Assembly (NCBI GenBank): GCA_040905005.1
Contig: JBBDSI010000008.1
Location: forward strand, 21,360-65,119
Direction of reading: 5' to 3'
Origin: Pseudohongiellaceae bacterium
Lineage (GTDB): Bacteria > Pseudomonadota > Gammaproteobacteria > Pseudomonadales > Pseudohongiellaceae
Length of the DNA: 43,760 bases
In this document: positions 18,695-28,434 of the stretch, piece by piece
Position numbering within the stretch: position 1 is the first letter of the stretch
How the letters are laid out: each line of letters opens with the position of its first letter
Program-made: the position numbers and the translations under genes
Notes under the pieces: model-generated
The model's database searches: none
What the model saw: only the letters and a program-made list of their open reading frames with translations
What the model was told of the DNA's origin: nothing

Positions 18695-19228
18695 ATGCAA
18701 ACACGTAATCTTCTCTCAGCTTTCGTTCTGACTTCACTGCTGTCTCCGCTGGCCCTGGCCGCCGACGATGGTGACCTCGGCGCCACCAGCACCGGCGAGA
18801 TCAATGTCGACCTCGAAGTGACTGACAGCGTCGAGATCTCCGCCCTTAACGACATCGATTTCGGCACTTACGGCGGTGGCGACACCGGCAACATCAATGC
18901 CGGCGATGGCTTCTGTGTCTATGTGAACGGCGGGGATGGCTACACCATCACCCCGACCTCCAGCAACGGGTCCTTCTCTCTCTCCGGCAGCAGCTTCGGC
19001 GACGAGATCGACTATGCCGTGAAGCTGGTCGGTGCGGCCACCGGTGCCGATGCGGCCGATGCCGTGTCCTACAACAGCGCCAGCGAAACTTTCCAGGGCA
19101 ACGTCGCCCGCGATTGTGGCTCCGCTGACAATGCCGCTCTGGACGTGAGCATCGAGGAAGACGAGATCCGCGCGGCCGCCACGGATACTTACTCCGACAC
19201 GCTGATCCTTCTCGTTAACCCCATCTAA
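18695..19228 (+). CDS. Secreted beta-sandwich fibre (pilin-like) subunit, SCPU/DUF4402-like, with one Cys pair
   Basis: The ATG at 18695 gives a 177-aa protein with signal peptide LLSAFVLTSLLSPLALA. The mature N-terminus has alternating hydrophobics (GEINVDLEVTDSVEIS), then LNDIDFGTY and GFCVYVNGGDGYTITP. A second Cys occurs in ARDCGSADNA. The C-terminus YSDTLILLVNPI resembles the Y.DT..VTV.F end of Csu/spore-coat-U-type subunits. Confidence 0.65.
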   Translation: MQTRNLLSAFVLTSLLSPLALAADDGDLGATSTGEINVDLEVTDSVEISALNDIDFGTYGGGDTGNINAGDGFCVYVNGGDGYTITPTSSNGSFSLSGSSFGDEIDYAVKLVGAATGADAADAVSYNSASETFQGNVARDCGSADNAALDVSIEEDEIRAAATDTYSDTLILLVNPI

Positions 19229-19249
19229 GGCAGCACCGGGACGCACTGA

Positions 19250-20269
19250 ATGCATTCTTTCCTCGCACAAGTCGTTCGCAATCCGGGTCAGGTTATCAAA
19301 CGATACCTGACCCGACTGCTGTGCTGCGCGTGTATTCTGCTGCTTCCCCTGAGTCTCGGCCTGTCCCAGGCGCAGGCGCGGCCCCGGAGTTTTTTGACGA
19401 TCGATAACATCGGTGATGTGAATTTTGGCACCTGGGTTAACGCCGGCCTGTTCTCCAGTGCTACCGACTTCTGCATCGAATCCTGGAGTCGTGGCAGCGC
19501 GGTGGATTATAAGATCCGCGTAATCAGCTTCGAAAATCCAGGCAGCCTGTATCTGTACAGGAGCGGTGATGCCTCGGCCACTGGCAATCAGCGCATCGCC
19601 GTCGACTTCATTCATAGCGACCTCATTGGCAGCGGCGGTCAGGAAACTCTGCTGGCGAGCCAGTATGACCAGATCGACAACGAGGGACAGCGAAACAACT
19701 GCGATACCGGCGGCAACAACGCACGGCTGCGTATCGAGCTGTCCGCACAGGCGCTGAATGCGGCCGCCGCCGGCAATTACAGCGGATCATTCTCCCTGGA
19801 GGCCGACAACGGCTCGACTGACAGCGTAACCTTCGATGTTTCCGTGGAAGTCCAGGGGAGCCCCGAAGTACGCATCTCCGATCTCGACGACCTCGATTTC
19901 GGCCTCTACGGCGCTGGTCGCACCGGTAACCTGCAAGCCAGTGAACGCTTCTGCGTTTACAGCAGTGAGAGCAGCTACCGCCTCTCCGTCAGTTCGTCCA
20001 ATCAGGACGGCGGCGGCAATTTCTATCTCACCAGCGGCGGCACCGACGATGCGATCCCCATGGACGTGCTCTTTGCCGACCGTGGTACCGGCGCCGGCAC
20101 CGAGCCGGTGGGCAACCAGTCTCTTAGTGGCGTCGGCAACAACACCGCCGACGACTGTGGCGGCGGCAACAATGCCACCCTGACCTTTACCGTTCAGGAG
20201 TCTGACCTGCGTGCCTCGTCATCCGGCGTCTACAGCGACTCGGTGGTGCTTCTGGTGCAGCCGGAGTAG
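19250..20269 (+). CDS. Secreted two-domain (tandem-duplicated) subunit of the same family; candidate tip or adaptor protein
   Basis: The ORF is 339 aa with a signal peptide (LLCCACILLLPLSLGLSQAQA). Both halves repeat the pattern of the upstream gene: D(V/L)(N/D)FG, FC(I/V), then (N/D)C(D/G)(T/G)GGNNA(R/T)L. The ending YSDSVVLLVQPE parallels YSDTLILLVNPI. Confidence 0.65.
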   Translation: MHSFLAQVVRNPGQVIKRYLTRLLCCACILLLPLSLGLSQAQARPRSFLTIDNIGDVNFGTWVNAGLFSSATDFCIESWSRGSAVDYKIRVISFENPGSLYLYRSGDASATGNQRIAVDFIHSDLIGSGGQETLLASQYDQIDNEGQRNNCDTGGNNARLRIELSAQALNAAAAGNYSGSFSLEADNGSTDSVTFDVSVEVQGSPEVRISDLDDLDFGLYGAGRTGNLQASERFCVYSSESSYRLSVSSSNQDGGGNFYLTSGGTDDAIPMDVLFADRGTGAGTEPVGNQSLSGVGNNTADDCGGGNNATLTFTVQESDLRASSSGVYSDSVVLLVQPE

Positions 20270-20341
20270 CTCTTGAAGCACAGGTGTTGGTCGGAAAACT
20301 GTTGTTACTCATCAAACCGGAATAACCGGAGGTATAGAACG

Positions 20342-21052
20342 ATGTTAAAGAAATGGCTTTTACTGTTAACGATGTCTCTGCTCAGCGGCCACAGCGTCGC
20401 TGAGCTGGTCGTCAACCGCTCCATCGTCATCTACGACGACCCCGCCTCGGTGAAAGAGGATGTCGTGGTGATCAACAGCGATAGCGAGCGCAACCTCTAT
20501 GTGCAGGTGGATGCCTACCGGGTCATGGCGCCCGGCAGCGTCAATGAGGAGTTGCTGAAGATCGTGCCCGACGTCGCCCCGGAATTCCTGGTATCACCGA
20601 ACAAGCTCGTGGTGCCCCCGTCGGCGCGCAACCTGGTGCGCTTCCTGGACCTCGCCGGCGACCGAGCATCCGAGCGCGTCTATCGCGTCAACCTGATCCC
20701 GGTCACGCCCCCGGTCGAGCTTGAGGACACCGGTGAGGGTCGCATCGCCTCGCGCCTGGAAGTGGTCGTCGCCTATCAGGTGCTCGCCATCGTGCTGCCG
20801 CATGACCCGCAACCGGAACTGAGTTTTTCCGGCGAGGGCGGCCTGGCGCGCTTTGGCAACACCGGCAACGCGAACTACCTGCTCACCGACGGCCAGCAGT
20901 GCAACCCTGCCGACCCCGCCGACTGCCGCAAGCTTCAGAACCGGCGCGTCTACCCGGGCAACGAGTGGACGCTGAGCCTGCCCTTCGACGGACCCTTCAC
21001 CTACAAGGTGAAGACGCACAACGGCCTGAGCTCGCGTCAGTTCGACCTGTAA
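20342..21052 (+). CDS. Periplasmic PapD-like pilus chaperone (divergent)
   Basis: The ATG at 20342 is preceded by GGAGG. The protein is 236 aa with signal peptide LLLLTMSLLSGHSVA. Its size suits two Ig-like domains. A conserved-position Arg lies near the mature N-terminus (ELVVNRSIVIYDD), and the F1-G1-like strands read NLYVQVDAY and LVVPPSARNLVRFL. Its position directly upstream of the usher-like gene also fits. Confidence 0.6.
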   Translation: MLKKWLLLLTMSLLSGHSVAELVVNRSIVIYDDPASVKEDVVVINSDSERNLYVQVDAYRVMAPGSVNEELLKIVPDVAPEFLVSPNKLVVPPSARNLVRFLDLAGDRASERVYRVNLIPVTPPVELEDTGEGRIASRLEVVVAYQVLAIVLPHDPQPELSFSGEGGLARFGNTGNANYLLTDGQQCNPADPADCRKLQNRRVYPGNEWTLSLPFDGPFTYKVKTHNGLSSRQFDL

Positions 21053-21080
21053 GGCCGAAAGACGGACTGGATTGAAAGAC

Positions 21081-23471
21081 ATGCGCCTCGTTTCCCTGAC
21101 ATTCCTGATGCTACTGGCCGCATTGCCGGCCGGCGCCGCCGAGGACTGGGTTCCGCCGGGTTTCGAGACCCTGAACGAGCCCCAGACCACGGCCGTGGAT
21201 GTCTATTATGGCGGTTACTTCCTGACTTCGACGCTGGCGCGCTTCGATCACGACGAACTGAGCTTCATCGATCCGCAGGCGCTGATTCTGCGTCTGACCG
21301 ACCTGAAGGACCCGGACGAGGCTGCTGCACTGATGTCCCGACCGCTGGCGCTTAATGCCGATCAACTCTGCCATTCCGAGTTCCAGCTCGATTGCGGCAC
21401 GCTGCAGCCCGAGGACGTGAATATCATCTTCGATCGCGGCAACCTGCGCGCCTGGCTGTTCATCGCCCAGGATCTGCTCAGGACCCGCCAGGCGAAAGAG
21501 AACAAGTACCTGCCGCGCTCAAGTGCCGCGCTGTCGCTGTTCAGCGACAGCGCACTGTTCTTCAACCAGGCCGGCGAGCAGGACACGCATTACAACGTGG
21601 CCAATAACACCCAGATCGCGCTGGCGGAGAATCGCCTGCAGATCCGCAGCAACCTCACCGACGAGGAGGGCCTGATTGTCGATACACTGGCGCTGTCGCG
21701 GGAGTTTCAGGGCAGGCGCCTGGCCGCGGGCCTGTTCCGTGGTGACGTCAACAATGCCCGCTTCATGAGCAGCGAGCAGTTCGTCGGCGCCTCTTTTCGG
21801 ACTTCGCTGGAGACGCGCACTGACCTGTCTCAGTTCCAGGGCAACACCATCGAGCTGTTCCTGGAGACCCGCAGTCGCGTCGAGATCTATCAGGACGGGC
21901 GGCTGTACAGCACCGAGTACTATGATGTCGGTAATCAGGAGCTCGAGACCTCGACGCTGCCCCCCGGCTCCTATGAGATCGAGATCCGCATCACCGACGC
22001 CGCCGGCAACACCCGCAGCGAGCGTCGATTCTTTTCCAAGAATTCACACCTGCCGCCGGTGGACCAGGACCTGTTCTTCGTGCAGGCCGGCAGACTGGTG
22101 GATGAGCGCCACCGCAACAGCAACCTGGAGGCTGACGCCACCTTCCTGCGCGCCGGTTACAGCAAGCGCCTGACCGCCACCCTTGGCGCCGATGTCGGCC
22201 TGTCCCTGACCAGGGACAGCACCATGGTGGAGACGGGCCTGTTCCAGCAGGGACGCAACTACCAGTTCCAGGCCGGCCTGGCCTTTGAGAGTACCGGCGC
22301 CGCCGGCCTCACCTCCAACCTGCGCGTCACCGCCGAGCGCTTCACCATGAACTTCAGTGCCCGACGCGTGCTCAGCGGCGAGAGGGAGAAGCAGCTCGGC
22401 ACCGCCATCAACCAGCTGTCTTCCTCCGTGGAAATGCCGACCCGCTTCGGTCCGCTGAGCCTGTTCTATCGCCGCAACGCCCGCGGCGATGACTTCGAAG
22501 GGCAGAACATCGGGCTGCGCTGGCGCTCCAATTTTTACGACCTCGGCAGCGGCAATCTCAATGCCAGCTTCGAGGTATCGCACAACGACGAGGATCTGTT
22601 CGCCGCCCTGACCCTGAACTACCGCTTCGGTGGCGCCGGGGTGACCCACTCCATCGCGCCGCGACTGGTGCACGAGAGCGGCCCCAATGCCGCTGGCCGG
22701 AACGCGTTTCGCGGCACCATGGAGTCGCGCCTGGCCATGGCGCCCGGTCGCTACCTCTCTCTGCGCGCCGATCGCAACACCCGCAGCGCCCTCGAGGCGC
22801 GCATGGAACTGGAAGGCCGCCGTGGCAGCGCCGACGTGGCCGCGCGCTACAACCTGGAAACCAGCGACCAGGAATTCTTCGGGCGCCTGAGCGGTCGCTT
22901 CGCCGCCACCGGTTCCTCCGCCGCGTTCGGCGGCGCCCGCTCCGGCGAGAGCGCATTGCTCGTCGCCGTAGAGGGCGTGTCCCCCGAGCGTCGCTTCGAG
23001 GTGCTGGTCAACGGCTCGCCGCGCGGCGAGGTCAATGCCGGGGGCACGCTGCTGCTGCCGGTGGCGCCCTACGAGACCTACGATATCAGCCTCAAGCCGC
23101 TGGGCGACGCCATCGTCGACCTCGACAGCCGCAGCTATCGCAGGACCGTCTATCCGGGCAACGTCATCGACGTGAGCTGGGAGGCGCGCGAGGTGGTCAT
23201 CGCCTACGGACGCCTGTTCGATGCCGTTGGCGAGCCCATCAGCGACGCGCTACTGACCAACGTCATCGGCCTGGCCACCACTGACGCCGGCGGTTTCTTC
23301 CAGGCCGAGATAGATCGCAATACCAGGACCCTGGAAGTGAAGAAGGGCGCCAAGACCTGCCGGGTGAGGCTACAGGGCGAGCCGGACGCGCGCCAGCTCA
23401 TGCCTCTGGGCGATCTCACCTGCGACAATATCTTCGGCGACGAGCGTGACACCCTGTTTGTCGGCGGCTGA
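21081..23471 (+). CDS. Outer-membrane usher-like assembly protein (TcfC/CS1-type rather than classical FimD/PapC-type)
   Basis: The ATG at 21081 gives signal peptide MRLVSLTFLMLLAALPAGAA; the listed start at 21072 is TTG. The protein is about 796 aa and beta-rich. The C-terminal module EVLVNGSPRGEVNAGGTLLLPVAPYETYDISL...GLATTDAGGFFQAEI resembles the TcfC E-set-like plug or C-terminal domains. The family assignment comes from memory of motif style only. Confidence 0.6.
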   Translation: MRLVSLTFLMLLAALPAGAAEDWVPPGFETLNEPQTTAVDVYYGGYFLTSTLARFDHDELSFIDPQALILRLTDLKDPDEAAALMSRPLALNADQLCHSEFQLDCGTLQPEDVNIIFDRGNLRAWLFIAQDLLRTRQAKENKYLPRSSAALSLFSDSALFFNQAGEQDTHYNVANNTQIALAENRLQIRSNLTDEEGLIVDTLALSREFQGRRLAAGLFRGDVNNARFMSSEQFVGASFRTSLETRTDLSQFQGNTIELFLETRSRVEIYQDGRLYSTEYYDVGNQELETSTLPPGSYEIEIRITDAAGNTRSERRFFSKNSHLPPVDQDLFFVQAGRLVDERHRNSNLEADATFLRAGYSKRLTATLGADVGLSLTRDSTMVETGLFQQGRNYQFQAGLAFESTGAAGLTSNLRVTAERFTMNFSARRVLSGEREKQLGTAINQLSSSVEMPTRFGPLSLFYRRNARGDDFEGQNIGLRWRSNFYDLGSGNLNASFEVSHNDEDLFAALTLNYRFGGAGVTHSIAPRLVHESGPNAAGRNAFRGTMESRLAMAPGRYLSLRADRNTRSALEARMELEGRRGSADVAARYNLETSDQEFFGRLSGRFAATGSSAAFGGARSGESALLVAVEGVSPERRFEVLVNGSPRGEVNAGGTLLLPVAPYETYDISLKPLGDAIVDLDSRSYRRTVYPGNVIDVSWEAREVVIAYGRLFDAVGEPISDALLTNVIGLATTDAGGFFQAEIDRNTRTLEVKKGAKTCRVRLQGEPDARQLMPLGDLTCDNIFGDERDTLFVGG

Positions 23472-23533
23472 GGCTTTTTACCTACTGGGTCTGGATATTC
23501 ATCCCTGAATATTCAGACTCACTAGATAAAAAT

Positions 23534-23571
23534 CGGGGGAGTCGCCGGCTTCAATACCGGCTCCTCCCCCG
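23534..23571. terminator. Bidirectional hairpin terminator between the usher-like gene and oprC
   Basis: cgggggag..gccgg (23534-23548) pairs with ccggc..ctcccccg (23557-23571), with a 2-nt internal mismatch. An A-run precedes it on the + strand, which is a T-run on the - strand after the hairpin. Confidence 0.65.
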
Positions 23572-23596
23572 CAGTGGCACATGGGTTGAAAACTGT

Positions 23597-25660
23597 CTAG
23601 AACGTGAACTGCGCCTTCAGCCACAGCGTGCGGCCCGGCTCGTTCACCCGGGTGATCTGGTCGTAGCCCGGGATGGCGCTGCCAGCGCGGCTGATGTGTT
23701 CGGCGTACTCGGTGTCGAACAGGTTGTCGATCCCGGCGGTCACCAACACGTTGGTCGAGGGCCGCCAGCCGCCGTTGAAGGACAGCACATTGGCGGAATC
23801 GGTGGGGCCGAAGTCCTGGCCGACGATGTTGCCGCGGCCGATGTCCACGCGGTCCTGGGCGGCGATGCCGCGCAGCAGCAGGCCGGCGGACCAGATCGCG
23901 TTGTCGTAGTGCAGGCCCAGCCGCGCCTCGACCGGCGGCAGCTGCGCCAGGTGACGATCATCGGTCAGGTTGGTGCCGCGGACCGAGGCCAGGGTCATGC
24001 TGGCGCGCCACTCCGGCGCGATCTGGTACTGTCCGTCCAGCTCCACGCCCCAGGAGCGCGCGTCGATGTTGCGCACGATCGAGGTGGTTCGAGTATTACC
24101 CATCATCGCCGGCTTGACGTAGTTGGACTCGATCATCAGGAAGTCGTCGATCTCGTTGTAGAACACTGAGGCGCTGCCGCTGAGGCGGCTACCGCGATAG
24201 ATCAGGCCGGTGTCCAGTTGCGTCGTCTGCTCGGGGTTCACCTGCAGCGCGCTGACGGAGTTGGCCGACTCCTTGGCTATCATCTCCCAGTAGTCCGGGA
24301 AGCGTTCGTTGTGACCAACTCCGGCGAAGAACGTCGTGTCGCGCCAGGGCAGGATCGACTCGTAGCGCAGGAAGCCGCTGTGCAGGGTCTCAGTGCGCGT
24401 CTCGTTGAAGGTAGGATTCGGTGCCCGCATCATCATATTCAGGCTGATTTCCTGCCTCAGGTCAGTCACCTGCCAGTCGTCGATGCGGTAGCCGCTGATC
24501 AGCCGCTGCCGGTCATCCAGGTCCAGGCCGAACTCGGCGAACAGGCCGTGCTGCTCGAACTCGGAGTCGTCGATGCGGGGCAGGGACGAGTAGTCGCGCA
24601 TATTCTGGTTCATGGACATGCGGTTGGTGTGAATGTTGGACTGGGTGTCGTAGCCCAGCACCAGGTCGGTGGCGGGCGTCGGTTTGATAGTGAGCGCCAG
24701 CCGGCCGCCGGTGGTTTCGCGATCCGGATTCATGGCCACGGGATTGCGCCCCGGCATCACCTCGCGCAGGCTGTAGTTGTCCATGACATGGTCAACATAG
24801 TTGTAGTAGGCCTGGGCCTCGAGCGATTCGATGTGCTCGGTGAGATTGGACTTGCGGTACTTCAGGCTGAAGTTCTCGCGCGCGAATTTGGAACCGTCCA
24901 CGCCGCGGTCGGCATAGGCCGCCTCGCCGTCGCTGCGGGCGGCGGAGAACTCGTAGCGGGTAGTGTCGTCGGGTGTCCAGGCCAGGCTGCCCTGGGTGCT
25001 CCAGCGCTCGTACTGCGAGTGGATCTCGTTGCCGGCGCCGTCCTCGAAGTTGCCCTGGGTGGCATTGGTGGCGATGCCGCGAACGGTGAATTGCGGCGAG
25101 GCATAGGTGGCGTCGAGGACCTCGTCGTGACGGCCAAAACTGGCGCCGAGGATGCTGCTGTTCACATTCCAGCCGGACTCAGTGGGACGGTCGTTATTGC
25201 GCTCGAACAACACCACGCCGGCGGAGTTACCCGGGCCGTGCTGCACAGATTGCGGGCCCTTGATCACCTTGATGCTGTCGAAGGCCTCGGGAAAGATGTA
25301 GGCAGTGGGCGGGTCCATACGGTTGTTGCAGCCGCCGAGGATCATCTCGCCGTCCACCAGCATGGACAGGCGCGAACCGGCCATACCCCGCAGCACCGGG
25401 TCGCCGTCGGCACCGCCCTTGCGGATCACCGAGAAGCCGGGGATGGTCTTCAGGTAGTCGGCCCCGTCACTGGCCGGCAGCGGCTGCCGCGGCGCCTTGG
25501 GGTCGGTTGTCATAGTCAGGGGCACGTCCATGCGCACGCCGGTCACGACTATCTCTTCCATCGGGGTGACATGGGCGGAGTGATCGTGCTCTTCCTGGGC
25601 GACGGCAATCTGGCTAAGGCTGGTGACGATGGCCAGGGCGAGTGGATTAACTTTGAACAT
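23597..25660 (-). CDS. oprC: TonB-dependent copper receptor (OprC/NosA family)
   Basis: The ATG at 25660 gives MFKVNPLALAIVTSLSQIAVAQEEHDHSAH. The plug region PRQPLPASDGADYLKTIPGFSVIRKGGADGDPVLRGMAGSRL...GGCNNRMDPPTAYI...IKGPQSV is nearly colinear with P. aeruginosa OprC as I recall it. The C-terminus is the beta-barrel ending LWLKAQFTF. Confidence 0.85.
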   Translation of the reverse strand: MFKVNPLALAIVTSLSQIAVAQEEHDHSAHVTPMEEIVVTGVRMDVPLTMTTDPKAPRQPLPASDGADYLKTIPGFSVIRKGGADGDPVLRGMAGSRLSMLVDGEMILGGCNNRMDPPTAYIFPEAFDSIKVIKGPQSVQHGPGNSAGVVLFERNNDRPTESGWNVNSSILGASFGRHDEVLDATYASPQFTVRGIATNATQGNFEDGAGNEIHSQYERWSTQGSLAWTPDDTTRYEFSAARSDGEAAYADRGVDGSKFARENFSLKYRKSNLTEHIESLEAQAYYNYVDHVMDNYSLREVMPGRNPVAMNPDRETTGGRLALTIKPTPATDLVLGYDTQSNIHTNRMSMNQNMRDYSSLPRIDDSEFEQHGLFAEFGLDLDDRQRLISGYRIDDWQVTDLRQEISLNMMMRAPNPTFNETRTETLHSGFLRYESILPWRDTTFFAGVGHNERFPDYWEMIAKESANSVSALQVNPEQTTQLDTGLIYRGSRLSGSASVFYNEIDDFLMIESNYVKPAMMGNTRTTSIVRNIDARSWGVELDGQYQIAPEWRASMTLASVRGTNLTDDRHLAQLPPVEARLGLHYDNAIWSAGLLLRGIAAQDRVDIGRGNIVGQDFGPTDSANVLSFNGGWRPSTNVLVTAGIDNLFDTEYAEHISRAGSAIPGYDQITRVNEPGRTLWLKAQFTF

Positions 25661-25955
25661 GGCTTCTCTCTCCGTATTTTGATCGTTATACCTACTATAG
25701 GGCCGGCGCGGCCAATGCGTACTGCGGCATCTTGTCGCAGAAAAGTCACCAGATGTGTCAGGGAATGAGGCGAGATTGTGAAGCTGGAATAAGTCCAATA
25801 ATAACAATGGGTTACGAAGTCAAGGCGCGCGGGGGCTGACAAGAACTGTAAAGGTTTGCGGGTGCGACAAAACGTCGCAACGGGATTACTTGATCTGGAT
25901 CAAGCCGTCCGTCGCCGGGATGGGGGGTTGTGGGCCACGTGGCCCGGTTGTGCCG

Positions 25956-26270
25956 TCAGTTGCTGCGATTGGCGGCCTGGTAGCGCCCACCGCTGAAGGC
26001 GACGAAGAATTCATCGACACGTGGATGCAGGATCGGCTCGGTACTGGTGTCCGCCGCCAGGTTGCCCTCCGCCACGTAGGTCTCGTGCATCGCCTCGTGC
26101 ACCAGGACCCGGTACCAGGGCTGGTCTTTCGGCGGGCGCGAGCGCGCCATCTGCTCGTACCAGTCCTCCGGCAGCATGAAGTGGGGATCCAGGTCGACGA
26201 TTACGCCGCGGTAGTCGAACAACTTGTGGTGGACAAGATCGCCCACCGAGAATTTTGCCTGAGAGGCCAT
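25956..26270 (-). CDS. hspQ: Heat-shock protein HspQ (YccV-like hemimethylated-DNA-binding domain)
   Basis: The ATG at 26270 gives 104 aa: MASQAKFSVGDLVHHKLFDYRGVIVDLDP...PWYRVLVHE...TYVAEGNL. It is colinear with E. coli HspQ ([24 protein letters not shown]...PWYHVVMED...TYLAEAQL). The rest of the listed 326-aa ORF is a GC-rich read-through. Confidence 0.85.
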   Translation of the reverse strand: MASQAKFSVGDLVHHKLFDYRGVIVDLDPHFMLPEDWYEQMARSRPPKDQPWYRVLVHEAMHETYVAEGNLAADTSTEPILHPRVDEFFVAFSGGRYQAANRSN

Positions 26271-26490
26271 GGCACTCGAGTTCCTGACAGATAACCGACC
26301 TTCAGCATAACGCATCGGCCCCTCGCGGGTGAAGAGTGTTTGACCGCGCCACCCGGACTCGTTTTTTTTCGTCACTCTTGCTAATTTATGAGAAATTGAA
26401 CTCTCGGAACCCGCGAGTTCGAGAGGGTGCGGAGACTGTCGGTCACGGTGCGCAGTGTTCGTTTGCCTAACGTGGAGAAAATAGCACGAG

Positions 26491-28164
26491 ATGTTGAGTG
26501 CGATCGGCACCCTGATCGGCGGCCTGGGTCTGTTCCTGTTGGCCGTGCGCCTGATTACCGAGGGCCTCAAACAGGCTGCCGGCGATTCCCTGCGCGACTT
26601 CCTGGCCCGCTCGACCGCGACACGCCTGCGCGGCGTTCTCTTCGGCATGGCCGTGACCGGCCTGTTGCAATCCTCCAGCGCCGTGACGGTGGCGACCATC
26701 GGCTTCGTGAACGCCGGCCTGCTGACCCTGGCTGAGGCGATCAGCATCGTCTTCGGTGCCAATATCGGCACCACACTGACCGGCTGGCTGGTCTCAATCG
26801 TTGGCTTCAATCTGCGCCTGGAGCTGTTCGCGCTGCCACTGCTGGGCATCGGCATGTTCGCCATGACAGTGTGGGGCACCCGGTCCCGTTGGGGTGCCCT
26901 GGGCGAGGCGCTCGCTGGCTTCGGCCTGTTCTTCATCGGTATCGATTTTCTCCGCGAGGCCTTCGTCGGTCTCAGCGATTTGCTGGCGCTGGAGAGTATT
27001 CAGGCCGGGGGAGTGGGCGGCACGCTGCTGTTCGTCGGCTTCGGTTTCCTGATGACCCTGGTGACGCAGTCCTCGAGCGCGGCCATCGCCCTGACCCTGA
27101 CCGCCGCCAGTGGTGGCATGCTGAGCATCGCCGCCGGCGCCGCCGTGGTGATCGGCAGCAGTCTGGGTACGACCTCGACCGCCGCCTTCGCCGCTATCGG
27201 CGCCACCGCAAACGCGCGGCGCGTCGCCGCCGCCCACGTCGTTTTCAACGTCTTGACTGCGGTCGTGGCGCTGCTGTTGCTGCCGGTATTGCTCGCCATC
27301 GTGCGCTTGACTGGCGACCTCCTCAACCTGGGCGATATCCCTTCGGTGACACTGGCGATGTTCCATACGACCTTTAAAATATTGGGGGTCCTGCTCGTGT
27401 GGCCGTTCGCGGACCGGCTGGCGGACTTGCTCAGCCAGCGCTTCCGCACCCAGGCCGAGACCCTGGGGAGGCCCCAGTTCCTCGACCGCAATATCGTCGC
27501 GACACCGACTCTGGCAATCGAGGCATTGCGCCAGGAGCTTCAGCGTTCGCTGCACATGGCTCATGACTATGCGGCCATGGTGCTGCGGCGTGACAGGGTG
27601 CCGGTCGGCAAATCGGCTACGCAGCAAGAGGCGCTGGACAGTCTGCTCGAAGCCAGCCAGGCCTTCGTCTCCCGCCTCGAGTTCGAGCGACTGCCGCCGG
27701 GCTCCGCGCAACAGCTCGCGCTGGTGCTGCGGGTGCTCGATTACCAGCAGGATATCGTGGAGCTGGCGCAGGAAATCGCCGAGCGTGACCGTCACATCGA
27801 GACGGTCGTAAAAGAGTCACCCGGCACCGAGGTGAACGCCTACGTGGCGCATGTCATCGAGAATCTTGAGGCATTGATGGCGCTCGAGGAAGGTAGCGAC
27901 ATGGAGGCGCCGCGGCAAAGGCTGCAGGCGCTGGAGACCGAGTGGCGTCGACTCAAGACCACGCTGCTCCAGGCCGCCGCCGGCAAGAAGGTGAGCCTGC
28001 ACAAGCTCAACGTCAGCATCGAACCGCTGCGGCAGATGAACCGCCTCTGCGATCGCTTCCTGAAGGCCGTCGAACGGCTGCGGGAACTCGATTCCAGTCT
28101 GACGCCGGAGTCGCCCGAGGCAGAGCCCGCCGGCGACGGCGAGCCACCGCAGGCGGCGTCATAA
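26491..28164 (+). CDS. Na+/phosphate cotransporter family protein (NptA/YjbB-like) with a C-terminal PhoU-like helical domain
   Basis: The ORF is 557 aa. It has duplicated QSSSA signature repeats (GLLQSSSAVTVATIG and LVTQSSSAAIALTL), multiple TM helices and a soluble helical tail. Confidence 0.9.
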   Translation: MLSAIGTLIGGLGLFLLAVRLITEGLKQAAGDSLRDFLARSTATRLRGVLFGMAVTGLLQSSSAVTVATIGFVNAGLLTLAEAISIVFGANIGTTLTGWLVSIVGFNLRLELFALPLLGIGMFAMTVWGTRSRWGALGEALAGFGLFFIGIDFLREAFVGLSDLLALESIQAGGVGGTLLFVGFGFLMTLVTQSSSAAIALTLTAASGGMLSIAAGAAVVIGSSLGTTSTAAFAAIGATANARRVAAAHVVFNVLTAVVALLLLPVLLAIVRLTGDLLNLGDIPSVTLAMFHTTFKILGVLLVWPFADRLADLLSQRFRTQAETLGRPQFLDRNIVATPTLAIEALRQELQRSLHMAHDYAAMVLRRDRVPVGKSATQQEALDSLLEASQAFVSRLEFERLPPGSAQQLALVLRVLDYQQDIVELAQEIAERDRHIETVVKESPGTEVNAYVAHVIENLEALMALEEGSDMEAPRQRLQALETEWRRLKTTLLQAAAGKKVSLHKLNVSIEPLRQMNRLCDRFLKAVERLRELDSSLTPESPEAEPAGDGEPPQAAS

Positions 28165-28206
28165 GAACGGGCGCGAGGTTTTGGGGACGGTAAAACACGA
28201 CCGGTC

Positions 28207-28398
28207 TCAGTCCCCTAACTGTTCCAGTGGCGTGTGCGTCAGGTAATTGTTCAGGCCCCACAGTGTCAACACGACGGCCGCCGCGAACACGGCGAGGTTG
28301 ATGCCCTGCTGCACGACCCGCTTGTCGGGCAGCACCGACACCAGCCACGTACCCACCACGACGCGCAGGCACACGAAGTTGGCGCCGATCATCAGCAA
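28207..28398 (-). CDS. Possible small two-TM membrane protein downstream of the peroxiredoxin gene
   Basis: The ORF is 63 aa with two hydrophobic stretches. The start is TTG (28398) or ATG (28392), and there is no convincing Shine-Dalgarno sequence. It is kept only because it is co-oriented with and 37 nt from the upstream gene. Confidence 0.3.
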   Translation of the reverse strand: MLMIGANFVCLRVVVGTWLVSVLPDKRVVQQGINLAVFAAAVVLTLWGLNNYLTHTPLEQLGD

Positions 28399-28434
28399 TA
28401 TCAGTCCGTTCAGGATCAGGTCTGCCCCCTTTTG

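Noticed and set aside
23575-23589. A second TGGCAC-N5-TTGA sigma-54-like motif on the + strand, just after the fibre-operon terminator.
   Set aside because: It points into the 3' end of oprC in antisense, and no + strand ORF lies downstream. There are no TGATAC-type repeats upstream. It is probably a chance match, although an antisense transcript to oprC cannot be excluded without transcriptomics.
26271-26936. The upstream 222 codons of the listed 326-aa ORF 25956..26936.
   Set aside because: Only the last 104 codons (25956..26270) match HspQ, and they start at an internal ATG. The upstream part overlaps the Na/Pi transporter gene on the other strand and translates to Pro/Arg/Ser-rich junk.
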